Of a stretch of 64,000 nt of DNA, positions 49,188-61,673 are shown in pieces. The position numbers and the translations under genes were made by a program. The notes below the pieces were generated by a model. The model was given only the letters and a program-made list of their open reading frames with translations, had not been told where the DNA came from and searched no databases. Origin of the DNA: Raja brachyura (lineage: Eukaryota); NCBI GenBank assembly GCA_963514005.1, contig OY740801.1:22878001-22942000 (forward strand), written 5' to 3'. How positions within the stretch are numbered: position 1 is the stretch's first letter; the number at the start of each line of letters is the position of its first letter.

Positions 49188-49271
49188 CAGTATTTAAGGA
49201 TATTTGTTTTACTTGTATAATGGTGGATTAAGTGGTATCGTTTTGTATTAATCAATCATTATAATCAATTA

Positions 49272-50928
49272 TTATCTCTCCCTACTCTGCTCTGAGGTAC
49301 CCACCTGCTTCAAGAAGCCCACCATCACCCAGTGCCGAGGAAAACCAAGACCTCATGCCAAAACGACGACCATCCAGTGGCCTTGACATCCACCACCCTG
49401 AAATGTTTTGAGAGGCTAGTTATGGAACGCGTTAAATCCAGTCTACCCAATGGACTTGACCCTCTGCAGTTCACCTACCGCCACAACAGGTCTACGGACA
49501 ACGCTATCACCCTAGCCCTGCACTCATCCCCAGAACACCTGGATAAGAGAGACACCAAGGTCAGACTCCTATTCATAGACAACAGCTCTGCCTTTGATAC
49601 CATGATACCATCCGAGCTTATCACCAAACCTGCAGGAATTGGTGTCAGCACTCATCTCTGCACCTGGATCATCGACTTCCTGTCTAACAGACTCCAATCA
49701 GTGGGGATAGGGAATAAATCATCCGCCATGATAATCCTCAACACAGGGGCTCCGCAAAGATGCGTTCACAGCCCCCTTCTTTACTCCCTGTACACCCACG
49801 ACCGTGCAGCCATGTACAAATCTTATTCAATTTTCAAATTCGCAGACGACACCACCATCGTGGGCTGGACATTAAATAATGATGAGACGGAGTATAGGAA
49901 AGAGATCAAGAAACCTTGTTTAGTTTAGGGATACAGCGAGGGAACAGGCCCTTCGGCCCACCGACCACCGACCCCCGCACATTGACACTATCCTACACAC
50001 ACTAGGGACAATTTACACATATACCAAGCCAATTAACCTACAAATCTGTACGTCATTGGAATGTGAGGGGAAACCAAAGGTCTTGGAGAAAACCCATGGG
50101 GTGACAGGGAGAACGTGCAAACTCTGTACAGACAGCGCCCGTGGTCAGGATGGAAGCCGGAGTGGTGCAAGCACTGTAAGGCAGCAACTCTACCGTGGCG
50201 CCACCATGCCAACCTTGTGTCGAGACAACAACCTTTCTCTCAAGCAAGACAAAAGAGATAGTGATCGACTTCAGGAAGCAAAGCGGTGCGCACACCCCAG
50301 TTGCATTGACAGTGCTGAAGTTGAAGTAAACTTCAAATTCCTAGGAGTCAATGTCACCAACAACGTCTCCTGGACCACCCATATTGAAGTCATGACCAAG
50401 AAAGCACACCTTTCTTGGCTTCGGAAGTTCAGCACATCGCCTACAACTCTCACCAACTTCTACAGATGCACCATAGAAAGTAGTTTATATCAGGATGCAT
50501 CACTGCTTGGTTTGTGGACAGTTCCATCCAAGTCTGCAAGAAATTATAGCTAATTGTGGACGCAGCCCAGACCATCACACAAACCAACTTCCCTTCTATT
50601 GATTCCATTTATACCTCAGCAAGGCCAGCAGCATAATCAAGGACGAGTCACACCCTGGTCACTCCCTCTTCTCCCCTCTCTCATCAGGCAAAAGATATAG
50701 GTGTGAAAACCCACACCTCTAGATTCAGGGACAGTTTCTTCCCAGCTGTGATCAGGCAACTGAATCATTCTACCACAAGCAGAGAGCAGTGCTGAATTAC
50801 TATCTACCTCTTTGGTGACCCTCGTACTATCCTTGATCATTGATCAGACTTTGCTGGCTTTACCTTGAACGTTATTCCCTTATGTATCTACACTGTAAAT
50901 GTCTCGATTGTAATCATGTATTGTCCTT
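49272..50928 (+). mobile_element. Rex1/Babar-clade LINE, RT region to 3' UTR, decayed and split by a SINE
   Basis: PVALTSTTLKCFERLV, LDPLQFTYRHNRSTDNAI, GAPQRCVHSPLLYSLYTHD, KFADDTT. Confidence 0.9.
49920..50210 (-). mobile_element. Full-length tRNA-derived V-SINE (HE1-like)
   Basis: A-box-like tggcgccacgg, V-domain gagtttgcacgttctccc, CR1-like tail with (ctaaa)n, and an 8-bp TSD aaccttgt (49912-49919, 50211-50218). Confidence 0.9.
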
Positions 50929-50929
50929 C

Positions 50930-51545
50930 AACAAGCCCACACACAGACTACAGGCAGACCACCCAAGCCCACACACAGTCTACAGGCAGACCACCCAAGC
51001 CCACACACAGACTACAGGCAGACCACTCAAGCTCACACACAGTCTACAGGCAGACCACCCAAGCCCACACACAGTCTACAGGCAGACGACACAGTCTACA
51101 GGCAGACCACCCAAGCCCACACACAGTCTACAGGCAGACCACCCAAGCCCACACACAGTCTACAGGCAGACCACCCAAGCCCACACACAGACTACAGACA
51201 GACGACACAGTCTACAGGCAGACCACCCAAGCCCACACACAGTCTACAGGCAGACCACCCAAGCCCACACACAGTCTACAGGCAGACCACCCAAGCCCAC
51301 ACACAGACTACATGCAGACCACACAGTCTACAGGCAGACCACCCAAGCCCACACACAGACTACATGCAGACCACACAGACTACAGGCAGGCCACCCAAGC
51401 CCACACACAGTCTACAGGCAGACCACCCAAGCCCACACACAGTCTACAGGCAGACCACCCAAGCCCACACACAGTCTACAGGCAGACCACCCAAGCCCAC
51501 ACACAGACTACGACTGAGTCTGCTCATCACCTACAGGCAGACACA
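50930..51545. repeat. Minisatellite, 32 bp unit acaggcagaccacccaagcccacacacagtct with short variants
   Basis: Directly visible. Confidence 0.97.
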
Positions 51546-52189
51546 AAGACTACAAGCAGACTACCCAAGCCCGCCCATTAACTACAGAAAACCGCATGAG
51601 CCCACCTGTCAGCGACAGGCGGACGTGACAGACCCACACAAACTGCTGAGTGAGTGAGCAGGAGACTGGCGAATGGAGTTTCATGTGAGGGAGCGTGAGC
51701 TTTTGACTGGCAAAGAAATCAGCAAACACATTATAATCTACATGGGGAGAGACAGCAATGAGTGAAGTAGGGAAATGAGGTGTTCCAGTGCAAGAATCAC
51801 ACCAAACTAGCAAGTAGTTCCACCAGAGCTAAATAGACAAATAGTATTTTGACCTCCATAAAATGGGGCTGGAGTTTAACAATGCGGAGGTTTTGTTTAC
51901 ATTTATACGAGATATTGGTGAGGCCTCGCCTGAAATACCGGGCACAGCTTTAGTCCCCCTTTCCCAAAACATATAGTAACGTTGGAGGCAGTACGGAGGT
52001 TCAGCAGGTGAATTGCTGGGAAGACAGTACTGTCCCACTGAGAGAGGTGAGACAATTTGGGTCTGCACTCCCCAATTTAGAACCATGAGGGGTGACCTTA
52101 CTCAAACATACAAGACCCTCAGGGACTGACTTGTCGGGATGTTTTCACCAGTGGGTGAGTCACAAAAAGGCACCATAGATAAGGGGCCA

Positions 52190-52990
52190 GTGCGGAAGCA
52201 GGCCCTTCAGCCCAACTCGTCCATCTCGACCAACATGTTCCACCTGCACGTCCCACCTGCCTGCGTTTGGTCCATATCCCTCTAAAGGCCCTGTCCCACG
52301 ATGCGGGTTTACCCATGAGCTCTCCCGAGTTTAAAAAAAAATTAAACTTGTGGTAAGTACGTAGAATGTACGTAGCGGTTACGTCGGAGCTCATGGATGT
52401 CTCGTAGCCGCTCGTAATGCTGACGGCAGGTACTCGGGAAACGCGGACACTCGTGAAGATTTTTCAACAGTGTCAAAATTTTCCAAGAGTAAAAAAATAC
52501 TCGTGTTGAAGTATCACGAGTTTTTTTTTAAAACTCGGGAGAGCTCTTGGGTGAACTCGCATTGTGGGACGGGGGCTTAAACCTATCCCATCCATGTACT
52601 TGTGATAGTACCTGCCTCAGCTACCTCCTCTGGCAACTCGTTCCAGACGCCAACCACCTGTATGTGAAAAAGTTGCCCCTCAGGTTCCGATTAAATTGTT
52701 TCCCTCTCACCTTAAACCAATGAACTCTGGTTCTTGATTCCCCTACACAGGGCAAAAGACAGTATGCATCTACCAAGTCTATTCTCCTCGTGATCTTGTA
52801 CGCCTCTATAAGATCACACCTCATCCTCCTGCAGTCCAAGTCCTGGCCTGCTCAAACGCTCCCTACAGCTCAGGCCCTCGAGTCCTGGCAACATCCTCGT
52901 GAATCTTTTCTGTACCCTTCCCAGTTTAACAACATCTTTCGTATAACATGGTGATCAAAACTGAACACAATGCTCTTAAATGTGGCCTCA
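52190..52990 (-). mobile_element. CR1 3' end interrupted by a MITE
   Basis: RRMRCDLIEAYKI...FNRNLRGNFFT plus tail. Confidence 0.85.
52286..52577. mobile_element. PIF/Harbinger-type MITE (292 bp)
   Basis: ~55-bp imperfect TIR starting aggccctgtcccac. TAA TSD at 52283-85 and 52578-80. Removal restores the CR1 tail ccctcTAAacctatcc. Confidence 0.88.
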
Positions 52991-53847
52991 GCATAAATGT
53001 GGAGCTGGGTGAAAATCTGATTGATGGAATAGGGGGGGTGGGGGTGTGCAGAAATGGCACAGGAGGGCAGTTGAGGCCAGCATGGATCAGCCATGATCAC
53101 ATTGAACAGTGGGCCAGTATTGATGGGCTGAGTGGCCGTCTCCTGCTCCTAATTGCTAGTGTTGCCTTCCCCATCCGGTGGCAGAAGGAGTTAGATTCTC
53201 ACCGTCACACCTGAGGTTCGTGTCTTGCGTGCAGCAGCCAGGGTGACGGGTCCCAGGGACAGGGGCATCACACGCACGCACAGCTGATGGGTTCATTCCG
53301 TGAGACATCGACACGCATGTGTGTCGGGCCCACAGTTCTGAAAGCGGGCTCTTCTCTGCGGTTGGGTATCGGCAGGAGGTCCAGGCGGGGTCTCGGCACA
53401 CAAAGGCAGGCAACAGTGCGTGTTAACGACAGCTCTAGGCATGATTACATTAACCGCTTCAAAAACTCCACTGTTCACAAACACAGCACCTTAAAACCAG
53501 CACAGATACAGAGCCGCGCAGTGAGAGCATCCTGCCCACACTCTGCGGGTCTCTAGGGACTGGCTGTCGCATTGGTGTTCCACACGCACATAGACCCCAC
53601 ACAAAACCAGCAACTCATTGGCATCAAAGTCCTGAACCTCACAGAACTGTGCACGCGGGGAGTGGGAAGTGACTAGTATAGGTGCCAGAGGTTATGGGGA
53701 GACGGCAGGAGAATGGGGTTAGGAGAGAGAGATAGATCAGCCATGATTGAATGGCGGAGTAGATTTGATGGGCTGAATGGCCTAATTCTGCTAATATCAC
53801 TTATTATCTTATGAATGTCACGAAGTGTGCAAATCGGCAATGCCTTA

Positions 53848-54357
53848 AGGGCCTGTCCCACCAGCATGCGACTGCATGCGGCGAGCGCGACCAAACGTGG
53901 TGGCTTGAGGCGTATGGCCTCGCGGGGCCGGTCCCACTGCCAACCGCAGAGCTGAATGGAGCTGGTCCCGACATCATACTTACCAATCAGCTGGGCAGGA
54001 GGCGGGCCGACAGAATTTGGACGTCGCACGGCGTCGGGTGGTGACGTCATCACGCAACAGCACACGCTAGGCGTACGCCATCAAGACGCTGTGTACAGCG
54101 TCAAGACGCTGCATATGACGTCGAGGCGTTGTGTGCGGCCTCAATGCAGCTGCGGGCCGACAGGCCATTGCTGCGCAGGATTTTTGAACAGTGTCAGTTT
54201 TACGGTGCCAGCCCCGCACGATGTCGGGACCAGCCCCGCACAACTCCATACGGCTCCGGCGATCGAAGTGGGACCAGCCCCGCGAGGCCGTACGGCTCAA
54301 ACGACCACGTTAGGTCGCGCTCGCCGCATGCAATCGCATGCTGGTGGGACAGGCCCT
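53848..54357. mobile_element. PIF/Harbinger-type MITE (510 bp, CpG-rich)
   Basis: Over 100-bp imperfect TIR starting agggcctgtcccaccagcatgcg. TTA TSD at 53845-47 and 54358-60. Confidence 0.9.
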
Positions 54358-54374
54358 TTACAGGTCCCAGAGTA

Positions 54375-54650
54375 AGATGCAACGTGCTGGAGTGACTCAG
54401 CGGGTCAGGCAGCATCTCTGGAGAACATGATAGATAACATTTCGGGTCGGGACCCTTCTACAAACTGATTATATTGAGGAGGAAAAAGCTGGAAGGGAGG
54501 TGGGTGTGGGGGTGGTGAGTGATAGGTGGATTAGGGTGAGGGGGTTTGATTTGTAGATGGGTGGACAAAGGCCCGAGATGGGAAGAAGACAATGGGTGCG
54601 AGATAAGGAGAGAAGAGGAGTGAATGTGCAGCCAGGCGGAGTGGTGGAAG
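54375..54650 (-). mobile_element. Penelope 3' terminal fragment
   Basis: gctggagtgactcagcgggtcaggcagcatctctggag...tttcgggtcgggacccttct, homologous to 57500-57690. Confidence 0.7.
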
Positions 54651-54719
54651 GGAAGGACTCTCAATTCTCCCCCTCCCCACGGCACAGGGAGCACCTTCAC
54701 CACACGGACTGCAGCGCTC

Positions 54720-55000
54720 AGTGACTCTCCAGGTGACCAGAACTTCATACAATACTCCAAATGAGGCTTTATCAAAGTATTATAACCCTGCAACATGACT
54801 GATTCTTATACTCAATGTCCCAACTGCTGAAGACAAGCATTCCATACGCCTTCTTTACTACTCTATCTCCTTGTGTTACCATTCTCAGGGAGCTGTGGAC
54901 AACGAGATCCCTACGTTTGTCAATGCTGTAAAAGGTCTTGCCATTAACTATTTACTTTCCCCTTGCATTTGGCCTCCCAAAGTGTAACACCTCACAACCT
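54720..55000 (-). mobile_element. CR1 fragment
   Basis: YNTLIKPHLEYCMKFWSP. Confidence 0.75.
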
Positions 55001-56739
55001 CAGACTGAAGAAAGGTCCCGACTTGAAATATCAGTTATCCATTCCCTCCAGAGATGTTGCCTGTCCCACTATGGAGGAGAACTTGTTTAAAATAGACACC
55101 CACATTTGCAGCTACGTCCATCATTTCTAAATGTCACGAGCAGCAGAGGTCCCAGCACGGATCTGTGCGGAATTCCGCTGGCCATAGATCTCCAGCCAGA
55201 ATAACAGCCTTCCACCGCAACCCTCCATCTTCCACAGCCAAGCCAACTTTGACCTTGCTCCAATTCCCTGTGGGACATTCCTGTGGACGTCACCCAGCAC
55301 CCACCGTGTCCCAGGCCACAGGCTCCTCCGTCCCACCACATCTTCACCCAGGAGCCTGCCACCAGGCAGCGCACAATCCCCCTGCCCCACCTGTACTCCC
55401 AGAGCGGTCCGAGAGTCAGGTTTGGCCCGCGGGGGAGTCAACAGCTGAGGTCCACCGAGCTGGCCGATGCCACGAGCTACTTCAAAACAGCGGCCCGCTG
55501 CAGAACAGGACTGCGACTGCAACACCGCACTCTCCCACCGTGGCCGGGCCACGCCACATTTTTGGAATACCGTTGCTTTGCTGCAAGTGGCACTGTTTTA
55601 AAAGAATTCTGCACGTTGAAGGCACTGCAGAAAGGGTTACTGTCAAATAAATGGTGCCCTTTGCTGAGAGTGCTGGGTGCCTCGGCTCAGAGGCCTGACT
55701 GATCTGATGGGTGATCGGCTGAGAATGAAAGGCCCCCATTGTTCCCCCGCCGTTTATATTTAGCTCCTGGAACAAACCACCCTTTACCCTTCACCATTTA
55801 CTTGGAAGCTGGGAGCGAGACGCCGGGACAGATTATTTTTCCTCGTTGCCACAAACATTTGCCTGCCATCTGTGTTCCTTTGTGCAAGGCCAGCAGTAAG
55901 TGTCCCTGACACTCCGCACACACCTCAGAGGGCAGCAGTGGTCAGTGGGGCAGAGAGGGGGGCAGCAGTGGGCAGTGGGCAGAGCGGGGGGGGCAGAGGG
56001 GCAGAGATGGGGCAGTGGGGCAGAAGTGGTCAGTGGGGGGTAGAGGGGCAGAGAGGAGGCAGTGGGGGGCAGAGCAGCGATTAGAGGGCAGCCGCGATCA
56101 GTGAGGCAGAGGGAGAGCAGTCAGAGCAGGAGGCAGTGGGCAGTGGGCAGAGGGATGGTCAGTTGGACAGAGCTGGAGGCAGAGTGGGGGGAGTGGGGCA
56201 GACTGGGGGTGATCAGTGGGGCAGCTTGCGGGCAGTCAGGCAGAGGGATGGTCCGTGGGGCAGAGGGGTTGTCCGTGGGGCAGTTGGGCAGAGGGGTGTC
56301 AATGGGGCAGAGAGGTTTATCCAATGGGGCCAAAGGGGGGGCAGGGTCAGGACACCCCTGGAGTGGCCGGGTGTAGGGGAGCTGAGCGGGATACAAGGGG
56401 GGAAGGATGGACAGACCCAACCACACACTGGATCCTGGGGTCAGGAGCCCCCCGACAGCTGGTCAGGGGTCAGCCCCGACTCTGGCATTCCCAGCTATCC
56501 CACCTCCCCAACCAGCTGGATCCCACCCTCCCTCCCCACTCCTCTCATTCCCTGTATCCGCTCCTCCATACGCTGCCCTCAATTCCCCGACCCACCAGTC
56601 CTGAACCCCAAAGCCGTCCATCCTACCACCCCCCCCCCCCCCACACCCACCTGCACAACCACCCCCCCCCTCACCCCCCACCCTCCACTGCAGCCAGCCA
56701 GGGTCCTTCAGCTGGTTATGGCAGGGTGTGGGGGTGGAG

Positions 56740-56900
56740 TGTGTGTGTCAGGAGGTGTGGGAAACCGGAGCTCCCGGAGGAAACCCATGCGGTCACAGGG
56801 AGAACATGCAAACTCCACACAGACAGTACCCGAGGTCAGGATGGAGCTCAGGTCTCTGGCGCTGTGAGGCAACGGCTCTGCCAGCTGTGCCAACGTGCTT
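56740..56900 (-). mobile_element. V-SINE 5' part
   Basis: ggaaaccggag...gagaacatgcaaactccacacagacag...gaggtcaggat. Confidence 0.8.
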
Positions 56901-57499
56901 CTCCTATGGAGATCAAAGCCCAGGGTTCTGTGCACAAAATGGCTGATGATAGTTTTTTGTGCCAACGTTGTGATTTGCTTAGACCCAGAGGGGATCAGAG
57001 TGGCACAAAGCGGGTTCATGGACACAACCGCTGAGGTTCTGGTCTGGGCACGCGTCCCCTGGAGCTGCCCCTCCTGAGCCATGCCGATCACGTGCAGCCC
57101 ACCAGGCAGGGCAGGGGCGGCAGGCAGACACCCTTCCTCACCCCTGCTGTGGCGGATTCGAGGATGTTGCCAGCACTCCAGGCCGGAGCTACAGGGAGAG
57201 GCTGGGCGGCCTAGGACTTTATTCCTTGGAGCGCAGGAGGCTGAGGGACGACCTGATAGAGGTATAAAATCACAGGGAAATCCGGTAGGTGCATGCTGTC
57301 TTTTACCCAGAGTAAGGGAATCAAAAAACAAAAGACATTGGTTTGCGAGAGATTTAACAGGAACTCAAGGGGCAACCTTTTACATGCAGAGGGCACTGGG
57401 TATATGGAACGAAGCTGCCAGAGAAGGCAGTTGAGGCAGGTACTATAACACCATATAAAAGGCATTTACTGGTTTATGGATAGGAAAGGTTTAGAGGGA

Positions 57500-58240
57500 A
57501 GACACAAAATGCTGGAGTAACTCAGCGAGAGAGCAGCATCTCTGGAGAGAAGGAATGGGTGACATTTCGGGCCGAGACCCTTCTTCAGACTGATGTCAGT
57601 GGAGTGGTCGTGACAAAGATAGAATGTAGTCGGAGACAGTAAGACTGGTGGGGGAACTAGGAAGGGGGAGGGGATGGAGAGGGAAAGCAGGGGCTATTTG
57701 AAGTTAGAGAAGTCAATGTTCATACCGCTGGTGTGTAAACGACACAAGTGAAATATGAGGTGCTGTTCCTCCAATTTGCGCTGGGCCTCACTCTGACAAT
57801 GGAGGAGGCCTAGGACAAAAAGGGCAGATTGGGAATGGGAAGGGGAGTTGAAGAGCTGAGCAACTGGGAGAACAGGTAAGTTAAGACGGACTGAGCGGAG
57901 GTGTTCAGTAAAAAACGATCGCCGAGCCTGCGCTTGGTCTCGCCGATGTACAGAAGTTGACACTTGGAACAGCGGATACAGTAGATGAGGTTGGAGGAGG
58001 TGCAAGTGAACCTCTGCCTCACCTGGAAAGACTGTTTGGGTCCTTGGATGGAGTCGAGGGAGGAGGTAACCGGACAGGTGTTGCATCTCCTGCAGTTGCA
58101 GAGGAAAGTACCTGGGGGAGGGAGTGGTTTGGGTGGGAAGGGACGAGTTGACCAGGGAGTATCGGAAGGAACGGTCCCTGCGGATAGCAGAAAGGGATGG
58201 AGATGGGAAGATGTGGCCAGTAGTGGGATCCCGTTGGAGG
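57500..58240 (-). mobile_element. 5'-truncated Penelope-like element (GIY-YIG endonuclease + terminal repeat with hammerhead core), inserted in a CR1 tail
   Basis: NLIYCIRCSKCQLLYIGETKRRLGDRF...EHLRSV. Hammerhead core at 57561-57588. 13-bp TSD aggtttagaggga (57487-57499, 58241-58253). Confidence 0.92.
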
Positions 58241-59219
58241 AGGTTTAGAGGGATATGGGCCAAACGCAGACAAGGTGAGACTAGTGTAGATGGGGTATCT
58301 TGGTAAGCATGGGCAAGTTGGGCTGAAGACCCTGTTTCCGTGTATGTGACTCTATGATTCCTCCCAAACAGTGAAACCTACATCTTGGCCAACTCAACCC
58401 CAAACCACAGGGCTATTTTAAAAAATAACTTTTCTTGGAGCACTAACAGAATTTGCTATTCATTAAAAATCCACGGGCAATTTCTGGTGCTATCTGGTAA
58501 AAACACTGTACTGCCACTGTTCACCTTGGGTTTCAGAGAGTTATTTTTAAATTTGTGAGGCTTGAAAACTGTTTCGTGCTGGTTAGAGGATGGGACAACC
58601 AGCCTCCCCAGTGGGTGACGGTGATGACGGGTGACACAGGGTGCCCGGCGGGTGACACAGGATGCCCGGCGGGTGACACAGGGTGCCCGGCGGGTGACAT
58701 AGGGTGCCCGGACAGGTGAGCACCAGGCAGGTGTCATACACAGCTCCCACAGAGTGGCAACACAAGTAGATAGAGTGGTGTAGAAGGTGTACAGTATGAC
58801 TGCTTTTATCGACCGGGGCATTGGCAATGTCATGATGCAGCTTTATAAAATGTTAGTTAGGACGCTTATGGAGTATTGTGTGCAGTTCTGGCCGCCCCAT
58901 TACGGGAAGGATGTGGAGGCTTTGGAGAGGGTGCAGAGGAGGTTTACCAGGATGATAAACCTCAGTCAGCATTGAGGGGGAAGACTCCAGGGTATGGAGT
59001 CACTCAGTGGTCACACAGATGCAGACAGTTGTTGGAGGTCAGTATCCCAGTCCCAGGACATCACTGCTGGAGTTTCCGAACCATCTCAGCAGCTCCATCA
59101 GTGACCTTCCTCCAGCGAGGGTCAGAGTGAGGTGATCACGGGAGATCAGACCCACCCACAGCTCGTCGGTGAATGAAGCAGCCCCTGCTAGCGGGCAGCA
59201 GACCCTGGCCACAGTGAGG

Positions 59220-59490
59220 TCACCAGCGTCACCACCACTGACATCACCATTGACATCACCACTGACATCACCACTGACATCACCACTGACGTCACCGCTG
59301 AAATCACCAGTGACATCACCAATGACACTACCACTGACATCAATTCTGACATCACCACTGATAACATCACCGCTGCTGATGTCACCACTGACATCACCAC
59401 TGCTGACATCACCGTCCCCGACATCACCACCCATGACATCACCACTAGCACCACCATTGACATCATAGCTGGCATCACCACTGACGTCAC
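59220..59490. repeat. 12/15-bp minisatellite ccactgacatca
   Basis: About 20 imperfect copies. Confidence 0.9.
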
Positions 59491-60364
59491 TGCTCAGTTA
59501 CTGGGCCCAGGTGATGCAGTCTGAACCTTCTAGGTGTTACCCAGGTCACCATGACCGGGGTTCGATTCAAACCTCCGTCGCTGTCTTTGTGGAGTTTGCA
59601 CGTCCCATGACCCCATGTGTGGTTGATGAGGTGAAATTGAGGGGAATGAAATGTCTCTGAACTGGGTCCCATGCTGAATTTTCCCCTTCTCCTCATGCAA
59701 CCCGCCAACTCTATCCACATCACCCAGAGGGAACGTGTGGCAGACCACTGGACCCAGGGCAAGACCAAGAATCGAGGGGGTGGGGGGGGGGGGGAGAGCA
59801 TGGTGGAGGCATTCGTATTGCTGCACAGGAGGGAAGGGGACAGGCTGCAGCGGTGGAGGGAGAGCTCACTGCAGGGAAGGCTGCGCTGCTCTGGGGGAAG
59901 TGATTGCCCTCTGGGGGTGGGGTGCACCACTGCGGGGTGGGGAAGGACCCTGCGGGGGAGACCCCTGCAGGGATGGGCTGCATCACTGCGGGGTGGGGCA
60001 GGTGCCTGCGGGGGAGGGCTGCATCACTGCGGGGGAGGCTGCACTGTTGCAGTATGTGGCCATCCGTTACATTCCTGCAGTCTCCACGTGGCTCAATGCT
60101 GCCATCCGGTGGGCACCCTAGGCATTGCTGCCTGAGTGCAGACCTAAGGTTCCAGATGAGGGAGGGGCATCTCAAGGGGGCCTCCACTCTCAGATAGACC
60201 GGCCCTTCCCTCACCCACCCCCCAGACCGAGGCACACCCCTAACCATCCACCCCCCCCCCCCCCCCCACAGATGCTGTCGTGCTAATAGGGAGAGTGTAC
60301 TGTGGGTGGGGCGGGAGGGGCAGTAGTGAGGGATGGGCCATACTGAGGCAGCCCCGCACTGTTG

Positions 60365-61100
60365 TTTTTAACCAAAAATAATTTAATCAATTATTAACAA
60401 TAATATTTACTGTACAAAATAAATCAAAACAAAACCACCACCATAATACAAGACAAACAAATATACTAAATAAACTACTATACAACAATATTGCAATCCT
60501 TATTGAGGATGACTTCCATCCCACGCAGAACCTAACGCCCCCGGAATTCCCCCAGGGCACCTGAGAACAGCGCGGAGTCCCTCTCAAGTACCAGGTGGCA
60601 GAGCCCTCTTCCGCCCGGAGCCGTGACTGGCGGATGGCCAGCTTGGCCAGGCCCAGGAGCAACACAACCAGGACATCTTCAGTCCTACCCTCTCCCCTAT
60701 GCACAGGGTGTCCAAAGATGAGGATGGTGGATGTGAAGTTGAGCCAGAAGGCAAGGGGCAGCCCCTTTAGATGTTGGACCAGGGGCTGCAACCTCACACA
60801 CTCCATATACACGTGGAACACGGACTCTTCCAGTCGGCAAAAGTGGCAGCAGTTGGCGAGTCTGTGAACCGCAAGAAACAGGTTGCAAGGGACTCCTTGG
60901 TGTAGTACCTTCCACCCCTGGTCCCCGATATAGAGGGGAGAATCTCTGTGTAGAGGGACCCCCACTGGGGGGCTCTCAGCCCCGCACTGTAGGTGGGGAA
61001 GTACTGAAGGAGCGTTGCACTGTGGAAGGTGAGGGGAAGGAGTGCAGCACTGTGGGAGAGGCACTGAGGAAGGCCTTATACCCTCCCTATCTCTGTAACC
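60365..61100 (-). mobile_element. Tx1-clade LINE 3' end
   Basis: GDQGWKVLHQG...CHFCRLEESVFHVYMECVRLQPL (zinc knuckle) and LLLGLAKLAIRQSR, then a T-rich 3' UTR. Confidence 0.85.
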
Positions 61101-61194
61101 CATTTTCAGATCCTACAACCCTATAGTTTCCATCCCCCCTTCAGCTCCTCACCTACCCAAACTCTGTAACATCCTCTGGCCATTTCCACCCCAG

Positions 61195-61560
61195 TCATTC
61201 CTTTGTCTCCCCTCTCCCATGGGAAAAAGTTACAAAGGCTTGATGGTATGTACCACCAGTCTCAGGAAGAGCTTCTTCCCCATTGTTATCAGACTACTGA
61301 ACGTTCCTCTCACATGCTGGATGGTAGGCCCAATCTTCCAACCTACCCCATTGTGGACCTTGCACTTTTCTAACCTGCATTTCCACTGTAACAGTAACAC
61401 TATAATGCTGTAACCCTATATTCTGTATACTGGTATTTTTCTCCTTGCACTACCTGTTGTACATGTGCATGGCTTGGTTATACTCATGTATCGTATGATT
61501 TGACTGGATAACACGCAAACTAAGTTCTTCACTGCACAAGTGACAATAATAAACCAATAA
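61195..61560 (+). mobile_element. Rex1-type LINE 3' end
   Basis: TTSLRKSFFPIVIRLLN and a gtgacaataataaacc tail. Confidence 0.75.
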
Positions 61561-61673
61561 CCTCTCCATTTCCCTTTAACCCCTTCCAGCCTCTTCAACC
61601 CTCCTGTTCGTTTCACTGTACCTCAGTGCACATTAATAATAATAATAATAATAATATTAAACTACTCCCTAAC

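Noticed and set aside
49920-50210. tRNA gene
   Set aside because: The tRNA-like head belongs to a V-SINE with TSD and LINE tail; no intact cloverleaf.
59188-59490. Met/Val/Ser-rich or TSPL-repeat proteins
   Set aside because: Translations of a 12-bp tandem repeat.
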